From positions 12,402,001 through 12,466,000 of the forward strand of contig CM075990.1 of the NCBI GenBank assembly GCA_038087875.1: DNA of 64,000 nucleotides. Direction: 5' to 3'. Within the stretch, counting starts at the first letter, position 1. Each line of letters starts with the position of its first letter. Source of the DNA: Malacoraja senta (taxonomy: Eukaryota). This document shows positions 51,246 through 64,000 of the stretch, piece by piece. The translations under genes were made by a program, and so were the position numbers. The notes under the pieces were generated by a model. It saw only the letters and a program-made list of their open reading frames with translations. It did not search any database and was not told the DNA's origin.

Positions 51246-51680
51246 CAGGCACGAAAATCGCTATCAAAACATGCGTGGGGCACAATTTCTTGGCGGCCGC
51301 GCGCGCGCACGCGCACACTCACACACGCGAGGCTTCGGCCGCGGGCCCTGTGGACGGTAACATCGGGAGCTGACCTGGTTGGTGACCGACTCCGAACTCC
51401 AGCAACAGCAGCTTCGTCCGCCCCGAATCGTGGGGCTTGAATCGGCCCGTCCATGGGGTCTCTCATCGGCCGGCGGGGGGGCTTCAACATCGGGAGCCTC
51501 GATCGCTTCGACGCAGCAGTTTGATTTTAAGCCGTGCCGGGCGCTGAAAGACCCCGCGAACTGGGCCGATTCAGCCCTGAGAAAGCGTCTGATAAAATCC
51601 GGATTACAAACATGGGGGGGGGGGTTGTCCCCCACCTCTCAAAGTATGGGGGGGACCCCCCCCCAGGATTTGCGCCCATG
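51246..51680. mobile_element. hAT-like non-autonomous element with GC-rich interior, 11 nt into the intron
   Basis: 8-bp TSD AGTATACA (51238-51245, 51681-51688); imperfect 14-bp TIR CAGGCACGAAAATC / GATTTGCGCCCATG. Confidence 0.7.
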
Positions 51681-51992
51681 AGTATACATGTTGACGGTGT
51701 GCTCATTTGTGGTGTGTGAAGTTACAATCATTTACTGAACCACCTTCAATGCAAGTTTTGCTTTTGCTGCACGCAGTTTAGAACTTTGAGATTATTTTTT
51801 ACCTCAGCCATGTCACACAGAATGAAAGGGGGAGAATTGCTCTCAGTTTTGAGGAAGTAATCTCAATAACACGCTTCTGGTTTCCAAGCATAACATCCTA
51901 AAGAGATACACATCTTGGAAACTTGCGCCATAGAGAGACACTCTGCGCTGACCACCATTTACACTAACCCATTTTTAATTCTCCCTCACTAT

Positions 51993-52560
51993 TCAGTAAG
52001 TTTCAATGAGGTCCCCCCTCATCTTTCTAAACTCCAGCGAGTACAGGCCTAGCGCCGTCAAACGCTCATCATATGTTAACCCACTCATTCCTAGGATCAT
52101 TCTCATAAACCTCCCCTGGACCCTCTCCAGAGCCAGCACATCCTTCCTCAGATATGGGGCCCAGAATAGCTCACAATACTCCAATTGCAGCCTGACTAGC
52201 ATCTTATAAAGCCTCAGTATTACATCCCTGTTCTTGTATTCTATTCCTCTCGAAATATATGCTAGCATTGTGTTTGCCTTCCTAATAACCGATTCAAACT
52301 TGCAAATTATTTTTTTTTGCGAATCCTGCACCACCACTCCCAACTCCCTTTGCACCTCCGATTTCTAAATTCTCTACCCATTTAGGAAATAGTCCTTGCC
52401 TTTATTCCTACTACCAAAGTGCATGACTCCACACTTCACGACGCTGTATTCCATCTGACACTTCTCTGCCCACCCTCCCAACCTGTCCAAGTCCTTCTGC
52501 AGAGTCCTTGCTTTCTCTACACTACCTGCCCCTCCACCTATCTTTGTATCATCTGCAAAC
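51993..52560 (-). mobile_element. CR1 LINE ORF2 fragment (RT C-terminal half)
   Basis: FADDTK..LQKDLDRL..KCGVMHFG; LYKMLVRLQLEYC..RMRGDLIETY. Confidence 0.9.
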
Positions 52561-52709
52561 TGTATTATTTTCAATATATGTCCAATTTTTCATTTCAAAT
52601 CTACTCTGGCAAGTAAAATATCTATCAGGATGGGAGTTTTGGATCTGGATTTGCAGAAAGACTGGTATTCACAGGATATGGTCATCTTATTCTTGCCTTT
52701 CCATCGCAG

Positions 52710-52811
52710 GGGGTGATTACAGTCAGAGGTCAAGTGGATCGGGAGAAGAGCGAGTACTATCTCATCACTGTCATAGCAGATGACGGTGGACCTAAAAAAG
52801 ACTCCACTGTG
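52710..52811 (+). CDS. CDH23: Cadherin-23 internal exon (102 nt); GVITVRGQVDREKSEYYLITVIADDGGPKKDSTV
   Basis: ctttccatcgcag| ... |gtgagc, phase 0 to 0. VDRE and ADDGGP motifs match recalled CDH23 GVITVQGLVDREKGDFYTLTVVADDGGPKVDSTV. Confidence 0.95.
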
Positions 52812-53049
52812 GTGAGCGTACATTTTTTAAAAATCAAAACAAGTTCATGTATTTCTAATTTATGTTAAAGATAAAAAGTAAACATTTTATTCATAAAATA
52901 GCTGGAGTCTATGTTGTGGCCATGGGAACAAAATATGCCCGTGCTGGGTTGGGAAGAGAAGCGACTGATGAGGCACAAAGATCTAGAAGTTGGTGTTGCC
53001 TTCAGGCACAAGGCAATCTATTTAATCACCAGATTTGCTCTCTTAATTA

Positions 53050-53370
53050 GGGCGGCACGGTGGCGCAGCGGTACAGTTGCTGCCTGACGGCGCCAGAGCC
53101 ACAGGTCCCTGGTTCGATCCTGAATACGGGTGCTGTCTGTACAGAGTTTGTACATTCTTACCGTGACTTGCGTGGGTTTTCTCTGAGGTTTCCTCCCACA
53201 CTCCAAAGACGTACAGGTTTGTAGGTTAATTGGCCTGGTATATATGTAATTGTCCCTAGTGTGTGTAGGATAGTGTTAACGTGCGGGGATCGCTGGTCGG
53301 TGCGGACACGGTGGGCCGAAGGGCCTGTTTCTGCGCTGTGTCTCTAAAATAAAATAAAATAAAACTAAAC
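53050..53370 (+). mobile_element. Near-full-length tRNA-derived SINE (HE1/V-SINE-like)
   Basis: A box TGGCGCAGCGG, B box GGTTCGATCC, conserved core, CR1-like tail and (TAAAA)n. Confidence 0.85.
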
Positions 53371-54139
53371 AACTTCACCCGGGGTAAACCATCTAATCAT
53401 ATTTAATCCACTTTACGCAAAGATCTTGGTCAAACCCTTGAATCTTTCCATGGTTCTCTCCTGATCCTTCATATTATCCCTTCCCATTGCTTCCAATTAT
53501 CCTCTCCCCATCCACAATCCTTCACATCGTCTCCTCTCAATACTTCCCAGCATCTTCTCCTGAGAATCTGGCAGTCCAACCGACTCCCATGTGTGATTCT
53601 CCCCTGGATCCATTCTTGATTAGTGCAGGTGTCAGAGGTTATGGGGAGAAGGCAGGAGAATGGTGTTTGGAGGGAGAGATAGGTCAGTCATGATTGAATG
53701 GCGGAGTAGACTTGATGGGCCGAACGGCCTAATTCTACTCTTGTTCCTTATGACCTCATGACAAGACTCTTGTGAATGGCCTGAATTACCACTGGGTTTA
53801 GCAGTGGTCTGTTGACCCCACTCCCTTGGACTGGTGTAACAAGGTCTATGGGTGGCGCTAGTGGTACTTGCACCTCATGGAGCTTTGGGCAGAGGAAACA
53901 ATCACTGCACACATTGCCCATGCATAGTGTGTGTACTGATATAGCATTGCCAGGTTGCTAGTATTCCGTTTCCACATACCTTTTCAATCACAACAGCGGA
54001 AGCAGCAAAGTTGAAGTGGCACCTTATGAAGGAGGAGATGTTACAACATTAAGTTAAGTATTGCTGTTGTAAATTGAATGATGTTGAGACACGTTTGATT
54101 AATTATCTCCTTTGTTTCTCTTTTATCGTGGACGAGCAG

Positions 54140-54142
54140 AAG
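54140..54142 (+). CDS. CDH23: Probable 3-nt microexon (AAG, Lys) of cadherin-23
   Basis: ctcctttgtttctcttttatcgtggacgagcag|AAG|gtaaac lies after the phase-0 exon ending DSTV. Mammalian CDH23 reads DSTV-K-VYITV, with K recalled as coming from a 3-nt mini-exon. Confidence 0.75.
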
Positions 54143-54173
54143 GTAAACTATGTGTATCAGAGCAGATTGGTGT

Positions 54174-54211
54174 TGCATGCGTTACCTCAGTGGAGCTGTG
54201 CATGCTGCATG
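54174..54211 (+). promoter_or_regulatory. Cluster of three TGCATG (RBFOX-type) intronic splicing elements downstream of the microexon
   Basis: TGCATG at 54174-54179, 54199-54204 and 54206-54211, all within 70 nt of the donor at 54143. Confidence 0.6.
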
Positions 54212-56870
54212 CTACCTGGTCGAGCTTGCTCCCTCACGGACATCCTAAGACTTTTATTTTGTTCATGAGCATTGTCCAAAACTCACCACATCTATCACTT
54301 GTAAGCCCAGTGGAGAAAGCACGGTGATACTCTAGTCACATACTATCTTAACTTGGAAATATGTTGCTGCTCCTTCGTTGTCACTGGTCAGATTCCCAAA
54401 CCCTTACCTACGTACTTCGTCAGCATGCCTTCACACTGAGATTAGCTACTGCATTCTCAAGAACATTGCATCATAGGCATTAAATGGTGACCTTGCCAGT
54501 GAAGCTTCTTCCCCATGAAAGAACAATTAAAAACAGATTTTTAAAGAAGTGGAAGGAAGTTCTTTCCAATCTCTGGTCAATAGTCAACCCGCATTTGACG
54601 TTTTGTATGCAGTTTTGGGCCCCATTTCTGAGGAGGGACGTGTTGGCCATGGAGAGGGTCCAAAGGAGGTTTACGAGAATGATCCGGGATGGGGGGGGGG
54701 GGGGGGGTACAACTTACGACACCACCTACGTCATCAGAAGTCAAGCTATGCCCATTGGCGTCAAGCCAACTGTCGCCAAAAGGTTTTGTACATTTGAAAA
54801 TCCAGCGCCGACCAGAAAAACGCTACGATTCTTTGGGCGACTGAGGAGACTACTCACGACCAACAGGTGACACACGGCGACCATGTGGCGACAGCCTAGT
54901 CGTCTAAAAAATCACATAAGTGGGATAGGGGCATGACACTCTGAGAAGAAGAGCTATGATGTGGGTGTCACTGGCAAGTCCAGCTCATTATCTTGATTTA
55001 AACTAGATGGTTGTCTGGGCATTTCAAGGGGCAGTTAAGAGTCAGTTATGTTGCTGTGTGTCTGAAGCCTCATATAGACCAGACTGAGTAAGGATGGTAG
55101 ATTTCCTCTCATGAAGAACATGAGCAAGAAAAGGATTTTTTCAAAAATCTGGTGGATTCACAGCTGGGTATTAGCATTTGAATTACAGGGAAGAGGTACT
55201 AAATTGGTTAAGTTCCCCAGCTAATGGTGGGTATCAACTTGTTTCTTTGCATCATTAGACCAAGTTTCTGGATTAAGGAGTGTGAGCATCCTACTTGCTG
55301 TGAGATTTGTAATAAATTGATGTCAGTGCAGACTTAATGAGCTTTGGAAGCAATTGATAGTTTGCATGGGAGATGAGATGAAGGATGTATCTCTATTGTG
55401 CACCTGTGGTGTTTCACTCTCACAGGACTCTTAAGTATTTTACTAAGCTTTTGGCAAATCAGAAATGCATGCTCGTGATGCTTAGAGAGGACCCAAGGCC
55501 AGTACGTTGGGAATAACATATCTGGTGTAAAACTAACACCAATAGGGATGGATTTCACATTCCTTATTCTAATTAAACCGGGACACAATAAATTTAACAG
55601 GAAAGCTTAAAAAAAAATTAAAGTAGAAACAAAGAACTGCAGATACTGGTATAAAAAAAGACACAACATGCTGGAGTAACTGAGCAGGGCAGGCAGCATC
55701 TCGGGAGAACATGGATAGGGGACATTCTGGATCAGGACCCTTCTTCAGATTCAATAAGGGTATCATTAAAGTGCATTACTCATTTTAAAAATGAAACAAA
55801 ACCCGAATTGTACCGGTGTAGGAAAGAACTGCAGATGCCGGTTTAAACCGAAGATGGATACAAAGCTGGGGTAACACGGCGGGTCAGACAGCATCCCTGG
55901 AGAAAAGGAATAGGTGACGTTTTGGGTCGTGCCTGTCTGAAGGGTCTCAACCTGAAACGTCACCTATTCATTTTCTCCAGAGATACTGTCTGACCCACTG
56001 AGATACTCCAGCCTTTTGTATCTATCCTGAATTGTAACTGATGCATGCACATGCCCAGTTCCCAATCACAGCCCACACATACAGACCTCTCATCAATGCA
56101 TATCAGGAGTTTTGTTCAGAGATATAGAGATATTTTCAGGGATCAAGTTCAGGGACATATTTAAGAATGATTTTGAGTACGGACAAGCTTTAGGATCTGG
56201 TGCTATCATCAACCATGAAAGGAAGACGGTGGCACTGGGGAGAAGCAAGAGCTTCCTTCACGTTCAACGAACACCTATAGCCAAAACATCTATCACTTGG
56301 GACCCCAATGGAGAAAGACAATAGACAATAGGTGCAGGAGTAAGCCATTCGGCCCTTTGAGCCAACACCTCCATTTAATGTGATCATGGCTGATCATCCA
56401 CAATCAGTACCTCGTTCCTGCCTTCTCACCCCCCCCCCCTGACTGCCATCTTTAAGAGCTCCATCTAACTCTCTCTTGAAAGCATCCAGGTACTCCAGTG
56501 CTAAGGCTCATGTATTTGGCAACTGCATCTGCTGTGCTGATTCCAGTACTGGGTCAGCCCCAGGTCTCCTTGCTGCACCCCTTTACTTAAGTTGTTTTTT
56601 GCGAGGGACTTGCATGGTTGGAAGAAGCAGTTGAAGGGTTGAGAACATTGCCATGTGATAGCTGAGAACATAGAGTCATCATTTTATCTCTGGCTAAAGA
56701 AGGTGGTGACCAAGTAGTTGTTACCATCTTCTTTTGCCAAGGATTGTGATGATGATACTTATTTGTCACTTATACCTAGCTAGGTGCAGTGAAATTATTC
56801 GGAGACCCAAAACGTCACCCATTCCTTGTCTCCATAGATGCTGCTTCACCCACTGAGTTACTCTAGCATT

Positions 56871-57730
56871 TACAATACAATACAATACAATACCATTTAT
56901 TGTCATTTGAACCTCAAATGAGGTTCAAACGAAATTTGGTTTCTGCAGTCATACAAACAAGTAAAAATAACCAAGACACAACACAATTTACACAAACATC
57001 CATCGCAGCGAATCTCGTCCTCGCTGTGATGGAAGGCAAAGTCTTGTCTCTCCCCTGCACTCCCCATTCTCCTCCCGATGTCAGAGTCAGAGCCCTCGGC
57101 GGGCGATGGTAAATATGTCCCGCGGCCATTAAAGCCGCGCCGGGCGATGCAAGGCCGCGCTCCGGGTCTGGATGTTGGAGCCCCCGGTAGCGCTAGCAAG
57201 TCCCGCGGCCATTAAAGCCGCGCCGGGCGATGCAAGGCCGCGCTCCGGGTCTGGATGTTGGAGCCCCCGGTAGCGCTAGCAAATCCCGCGGCCATTAAAG
57301 CCGCGCCGGGCGATGTCAGACCCAGCTCCAGGTCATCTTCAACCCCGCAACTCGGGCGGGAGAAGTTGCCGTTGCGGGAGCCCCACGAAAAGCGGTCTCC
57401 CACCAGGGACCCGCGAGCTCCCGATGTCACCGTCCACCAGACCCGCGGCTGGAGCCTCCGAAGTTCCGGGGTCGGGTCACAGCCGCGCGCCACCACAGCT
57501 CTCCACGCTCCGAACTCGGCCAGCTCCACGATGGTGAGTAGTTCGCAGGCTCCGCGACTGGAGCCCCCAGGTCGTTCCGGTTGGAGGCCTCTCCACGGTG
57601 CTAGGCCCCAACGACAACGGAGACCCGACAGAGAAAGGTCGGGTCCTCCATACAGGAAGAGATTTTTTTAAAGTTCCCCCTCTCCCCCCCCCCCCCCCCA
57701 CATATACACAGTTAAAAACAATATAAAAGA
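56871..57730 (-). mobile_element. GC/CpG-rich interspersed element with LINE-like (ATTGT)n tail and an internal 83-bp tandem repeat (57117-57315, x2.4)
   Basis: (TACAA)n at ~56871-56892; repeat units start at 57117, 57200 and 57283; 57410-57460 is related to the reverse complement of 51330-51372. Confidence 0.55.
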
Positions 57731-59289
57731 CACATTTTGTGTCTACCTTCGGTTTTATCCAGCATCTGCAGTTTTTTAAAATTAAGTATTCCACCACTCT
57801 CTAATGAAACGGTCTGGGTGTGATGCTGTTACATTAATCGGCAACTAACAACAATCAATTATTTTGTAAGAAATTGAAACAAAAAAGAGCACACAGCTTC
57901 TCTGGTGAGCAACGTTTGTGCTGACTATGTTTGTGAATGCTGGAGTTTTGTAGAATGAAAGGAAGGTTGATTAATGAGGTTTGCAGCCGGATGCAGAGAA
58001 GATTTCCTCTTGAGGCAGAATCTAGTACTAAGGGTCACTATTTACAAATGACCCTATTTAAGATAGAGATAAGGAGAATTTGTTTTCTCTCAGAGGGCCT
58101 TGAATCGTTGGAATTATTTTCCTCAAAGGACAGTGCAAATAAGTCTTAAATAATTTTTAAAGCAGATAGATTCTTGATAATTAAAGAGGTAAAAAGTAAC
58201 CAGAGGTAGAAGAGTTGACATTATTGTCTGATTAGCCATGACCTTGACAATCAGCGGAGTAGCCACAAGAAGTCAAATGGCCTACTCCTGCACTCAATTT
58301 GTGTGTCCTAATGCCCAAGCCTTCTCTGCCGTACATTAACGTCATGACTGCTCTTAAACGCCCACATTTCTGCTCAACCTACTAATCCCTTGAAAACCCG
58401 GTGTCCAAATCTTAATCAATTATCAGGCTTGAATATAATAAGTCACTGTCCACATGCTGTGTTAGAATTTCCAAAGGTTAGCAATCATTTGTTTTAGAAT
58501 CTTACCTTATCTCAGTCATAAGTGTGTGATATCTTACCTTGAAAGGATGTTTCCCAGTTGTAGACGCCCCATCGATGAAATATCCCTCAGCATATACCTT
58601 GTCAAACTTTCTCAGCCCACTGAGGTCTCAAAGAGGCCACTTTAAGTTCTTCCAAACTCCAGTGAGTAGGGGGTCCATCAATTTTAATCTCTCCTTCTTG
58701 GATGACCCCTTTACACACACCTCCATGTCCCAGCTGCATCTCATTCCTGGAATGATTTGGGAATTCTACACCACGTTACCAACTCCAATTTAAACACCAA
58801 GATCTGAATTTAAATCTTGGGAATTCTGCTTTCAAAAAGCAGAAATTCAGTTTGAGAGGTGTGATTAATCCAGGTACAATTGAATTGAATTGAATGGAAT
58901 ACTTTATTGTCACAAGCGACAAGTGACAGTGAGATTCTTTGCTTGCGTACCCAAGATATGCAAATAGTCGCCACATAAAGGGCACTGACAAAGTTACAAA
59001 GTTTCCCGCACCAGGCCCACCCTTGATCTCCCACTCCCTCATGGCACCTCCCCCCCCCCCCCCATGCCGGGTCCTCCTTTGTTAATTTCAATAAAGCCCT
59101 GGGTTCCCACAGGAACACTAGTCTGTTTTTGTTCAATGTTATTGTCGCGGATTAGCCAGACATCTTTCACAACTGAAAGTACAGCCTTTGGTCAATGTAA
59201 ACAAATAATCCTTGTAACAGTAAGTAACAGCAGTGGGCCGAATCCTCCTGGACTCAGTTCAATGCCATCTGTATACCAGCTGGTCATAT

Positions 59290-59503
59290 ACACACATACA
59301 CATGCACACACACACTGACAAATAGACACAGGCACAGAGACACACACACATACACACACACACACACACACACAGACACACACACATGCACACAGACACA
59401 CACACGGACTCTGACACACACGTGCACACACATACACACAGACTCAGGCATACACACACACACACAGATTCACATACACATGCGCACACACACACACACA
59501 CAC
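59290..59503. repeat. Imperfect (CA)n microsatellite
   Basis: Direct observation. Confidence 0.95.
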
Positions 59504-62500
59504 ATCTAGTACTGAGATGTCTGTGTCATAGAGGGTTCTGAGGACTGATCTCATTGATCATGTGCACCTGGGAGTTGGGCTGAGACCTCAGCCACACCTC
59601 AGCCTCAGGAGGCTTGGTTAAGGTGCCCTGCCCTTGGTTCAGGTGGGATTAGCCTGGAAGGCCTTTGACAGAAGGCCGGATTTGGGCCAGAGCTTTTCCT
59701 TTATCACAGCTTCAAGAATTAAACACAGAGACGTTTTTAAATCAGCATAACAACTTCTAAAATATTTATTAAACACGTTGACCATCAACAATAACATTTA
59801 TTTATTAAAAGATTAGGAAATAATTAAAAATGTTAAATTTTTTTTTTTTAACTTGGCTTTTGCTTGTGAATCTGTCTCTGAGCATCCACTCTCCTGCCTG
59901 GCCTGTCCAAATAATGGGTTACTGTGACAGATGCGATGCCATCTGTCGCTCAGCAAGCCCTGGCTACCAGCCAGTCTGCACAAGCCAGCAATGTAATCCC
60001 AATGGAATGGCCAAACCTTGGCAATTCCCTTCAGAGCCACCAGCGCAGGCAGGAGGTTGGCCTCAATGAACCAGCTCCAAGAAAGACAAACAATTAAAGC
60101 TCGCTAATGTATACAAAAAGCTGCAGTAACTCAGCGGGACAGGCAGCATCTCTGGAGAGAAGGAATGCGTGACCTTTCGGGTCGAGACCCTTCTTCAAAG
60201 CTCGCTACTTAGTTTAGAGATTAGGTTAGATGTACAGCGCGGAAACAGGCCCTTTTCGGACCATAGAGTTCGTGCCAACCAGCGATCCCCGCACACTAAC
60301 ACTATCCTACACACACTAGGGACAATTTACGATTGTAGCAAGCCAATTAACCTGCAAACCCATATGTCTTTGGAGTGTGGGAGGAAGCCGGAGCATCCGG
60401 GGAATACCCACGCAGGTCACGGGGAGAACGTACAAACCCCATACTTAACTGCGATAGTATTCTGCAGCAGCCAACAGGCATGGCATTTCTTAGTTATCCT
60501 AATTACCTTGTGGAGAGGATGTGTTAGAGGAGAGCTTGGAGTACAAGGTGAAAGGTGATCACATATGTAGTGTGGCTGCAGGAGCGATTGTCATGGCCAC
60601 TACTAGGCCTGGCCCTCTTGCTCCACCATCATATTACTCTTTGTCCTTGATTCCTGTGGTCTGATGTTGCCAGCTGGATCCTCGGGAGTCTGTAATTTGG
60701 ATTATTAATAGGGTCTCACCTTTGTTATGCTAAATGGACACTGGACTTAGCACCAACACCAAATAGGAACGAACTCATTAAAATTCAAAACATATGGAAG
60801 GAGGGATATTGTAAAATTCCTAAGGGTTGTTCACACCCAGAGCCTTGTGCTGAAGCTGGGATAATCCCAACAGCAGCCTTGGGAAGTGCGCGTAATTGGC
60901 ACACAGAGAAGATCGCACTTTGAAAGACCACAGACCAGCAACACAGCAGAAGAGCATCATGTATTAATGTAGGAAATATTGCTTGAGTCCCTTGATATCC
61001 AGAATCATTTCAATCTCTCCTTTCAATGTCCTCAGCCACTGAAACTCAACTGCATGGCCCTCTTGAGCAGAGAATTTCAAAGATATATTTCCATCTGGGT
61101 GAGGTTGAGTTTGAGAATTAGTTTATTGTCACGTGTACTGAGGTACATTGAAAGGCTTTTGTTGCGTGCTAACCAGTCAGCGGAAAGACAATGCATGATT
61201 ACAATCGAACCATCCACAGTAGACAGATACACGATAAAGGAATTAACGGGAATAACATTTAGTGCAAGATAAAGCCAATAAAGTCCGATCAAAAATAGCC
61301 CGAAAGAAAGAGAGTCCATTGAACCTTCATTACAGACCTATTCCAAGAAGGGACTCGACCTGAAATGTTTCCCATTCCTTCTCTCCAGAGATGCTGCCTG
61401 TCCCGCTGAGTTGCACCAGCTTTTTGTGTCTATCTTTGATTTAAACCAGCATCTGCAGTTCATCATCATCATTGAACACATCAACGGGCACAGTGCCTTA
61501 CAACGCTACTGTATGTACGACAGTGATCGCAAATTCTACTGAAGTGTGGATGGCCGTTGGCTCATCCACCCTTTGACTGGTCTTGTTTTTGGTCCTGCTG
61601 GGGGAGACAGTTTGGTCACCGACTATCCGACCACGGGATTACATGGTACCTGTGGCGGGGTGAACTCCCCCCGACCTGACAGTTCCTTCCTGCGTATTCC
61701 AAGATGATGTTCTTTAAGGTTGGGGAATCAGACCTGCATGTACTTTTTCATCTGTAGTCTTCTCCGGGCTCTATATAATTACCGTATGATGTCTTTACTC
61801 TTGCATTCAAATCCTCCTGCAGAAAGGCCGATACACTGCCTTTCTAAATGCTCATTGTAGCTGCAGTTTAACTGACAATGATCCGCGTCCAAAAGACTGC
61901 AGTGGCGGTGAGGGAAATGGAGGGGAGGGTGAGGATGGGTGACCTTCATTGTGTGTGACCAACATATGTGCAACTATCTGGCTTGAACACAGGTTATGCG
62001 AGCTGTGGGGTGATAAATAATGTAAAGATCACAGTGGGAACTGCCCAGGTATAGGACACAAACAAATAATTAATTAAAAATATATATAATGTAAACATTT
62101 CAAATATATATAATACTGAATATTCAAATCAACATTCTTCCAGCTACCAACCCCCCCCCCCCCCCAATCAGTCTGAAGAAGGATTCTGACCCGAAACGTA
62201 ACCTATTCCTTTTCTCCAGTTAAGATCATAAATGACAGAACTCGGCCCATCAAGTCTACTCCGCCATTCAATTATGGCTGATCTATCTCCCTCCTAACCC
62301 CATTCTCCTGCCTTCTCCCCCATAACCTCTGACACTCGACACCTCTGACAGAGCAACACTCCGATGCTGTCTGACCCGCTGAGTTACTCCAGCTTTTTGT
62401 GTCTACTTTCATCACGTTGTGCTGTGTTAATTACTTAACACAGCACAACATTACGCTCATTTATATATAAAACGCTTGAGCGAGGAGTTCATGGGGTTTT

Positions 62501-64000
62501 AACTCAGACTCCAGCTCCATGGTATGTAACGGTGGGAGGACCTTAAACATCGTATACAAATGTTTCCACTGTCAAAGATCCAGGCACAGCTGATTGTACA
62601 TATATCTTCAATGTTGTCAGATAGATTTGGCAGCTGCTGTGTGTGACATTTTCACTTCAAAATATGAATCATTTAATTCACATATCATGTGACAGGTTTT
62701 GCTCCTGGCTCTTATTGTGACTGTTAATTTAAGATGCTAGCTGCAGTTCACTGCTCCAGTTTAATCAGCAGAAATGTGAGTGGCCTGAGGAGTAGCATCA
62801 CTAGGTGCATGTCTGTGTTACGATACGATAGAACTTCATTTTTCCCAGGAGGGAAATTGATCTACCTACAGTCATAAAACGCAAGATGCATGAAACAGAA
62901 AATTAAAGTGACGAGTGGAAAGGATTGGGGATGTGCAAAGGTTTGGGGAGGTGGGGGGCGTAGTGGAAGGGGAGTCAGTCTACCCTGGTGAACTTTCAAA
63001 ATTCTCTCATCTGGAGGGCAGTGGAAGCTCAATCATTGATTTCTTCATAAGAAAGCATCAAAGGTTAGAGAGAGAAGGAGGAGAATGGGGTTGAGAGGGG
63101 AAAATGAGTCAGCCATGATCGAATGGCAGAGCTAACTCGATGGGCCGAAATCCTAAATTCTGCTCTTATGATCTTATGAATTTAATACAGGAATGTTTAA
63201 ATCTTTAGATATTAAAGATATCAAAGGATTTCCAGAGTAGAAAGGCCAAAGACTAGAGGGTGAGAGAGGCAAAGTTTGGAGGAGATGTACGAGGCAAGTC
63301 TTTTACACAGATTTGTGGATGTCTGGAACACACTGCCAGTGGTGGTGGTCGAGGCAGATACAAAATGGACATTTAAGGGTCTTTTAGATAAGCACATGGA
63401 TGTACCGGGAATGGAGGGATATGGATGGTGTGCAGGCAGAAGAGATTAATTTAGCTTGGCATCATGTTTGTCACAGACTTTGTGAGATGCTAACGGAATG
63501 AAGGGATATGTGGAGAAAGCAGGAACGGGGTACTGATTGTGGATGATCAGCCATGATCATATTGAATGGCGGTGCTGGCTCGAAGGGCCAAATGGCCTAC
63601 TCCTGCACCTATTGTCAATGTTTCTATGAGATGAAGGGCCTGTTCCTTTGCTGTGCTGTTCTTTATTCTGTTTACGGGAGAGATAGGGCAGGAAAATGGT
63701 ATTTGAGATAAATCAGCCACAATTATGCAAAATGGCAGAGCAGATTAAAGGGGTCAAATGATCAACTCTACCTATTATTTTCTTACATTCTTGTATAAGT
63801 ATCAAAGGTAGAACCATTGCTCACACCTGCCGACTGCAAGCAATGGGGATGGAAGTTATAATCTGTATTTGTTTATCTCGGTTTTGACTCTGGTTCCAAT
63901 CATGCACTGATAAATATGTTCGGAACACTTGGTGTGTTGCATGCTCTTACAATGCAGTCTGTTTCTTTAAATGAATGTAGTGAGTTGAGGAACGTGATAA

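Noticed and set aside
53050..53125. tRNA-like A and B boxes
   Set aside because: Head of a SINE; no complete cloverleaf, and it continues into SINE core and tail.
57212..57797. GC-rich ORFs over 100 aa on both strands
   Set aside because: Inside an interspersed repeat related to 51330-51372; no known domain.
61823..61907. Open + strand segment between cctgcag| and |gtgagg
   Set aside because: 85 nt (frameshifting) and no cadherin similarity; the next expected CDH23 exon (V.ITVLDENDN) is not in the window.

Overview
Eukaryotic, repeat-rich vertebrate genomic DNA, most likely a cartilaginous fish (skate/ray-like), judged from HE1-type tRNA SINEs with CR1-like tails, many CR1 fragments and an abundant palindromic repeat. 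The window is an internal part of the cadherin-23 gene (CDH23, + strand). Five ordinary coding exons (61, 149, 136, 389 and 102 nt; about EC11-EC13) splice in frame through GT-AG sites. They are followed by a probable 3-nt Lys microexon (54140-54142) with three UGCAUG (RBFOX) motifs just downstream. A ~12.65 kb block holding the first three exons occurs twice in tandem (23943-36601 and 36926-49572) around a 200-N gap. It is most likely a false (haplotypic) assembly duplication, because including both copies would frameshift the gene. Most ORF-track entries are retroelement debris or low-complexity sequence. The most interesting points are: (1) the microexon with its RBFOX cluster; (2) a TIR element nested in a SINE that carries a 1.5 kb captured gene-like fragment (signal-peptide-like exon) ending in a Penelope-type arm; (3) minimal hammerhead-ribozyme cores in the palindromic repeat family, which inserts with long TSDs; (4) a candidate antisense promoter/first exon and a candidate antisense membrane micropeptide exon in the large upstream intron. 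No CRISPR, rRNA or genuine tRNA genes were seen. Organism, human exon comparisons and TE family names come from recall and pattern recognition, not from database searches.
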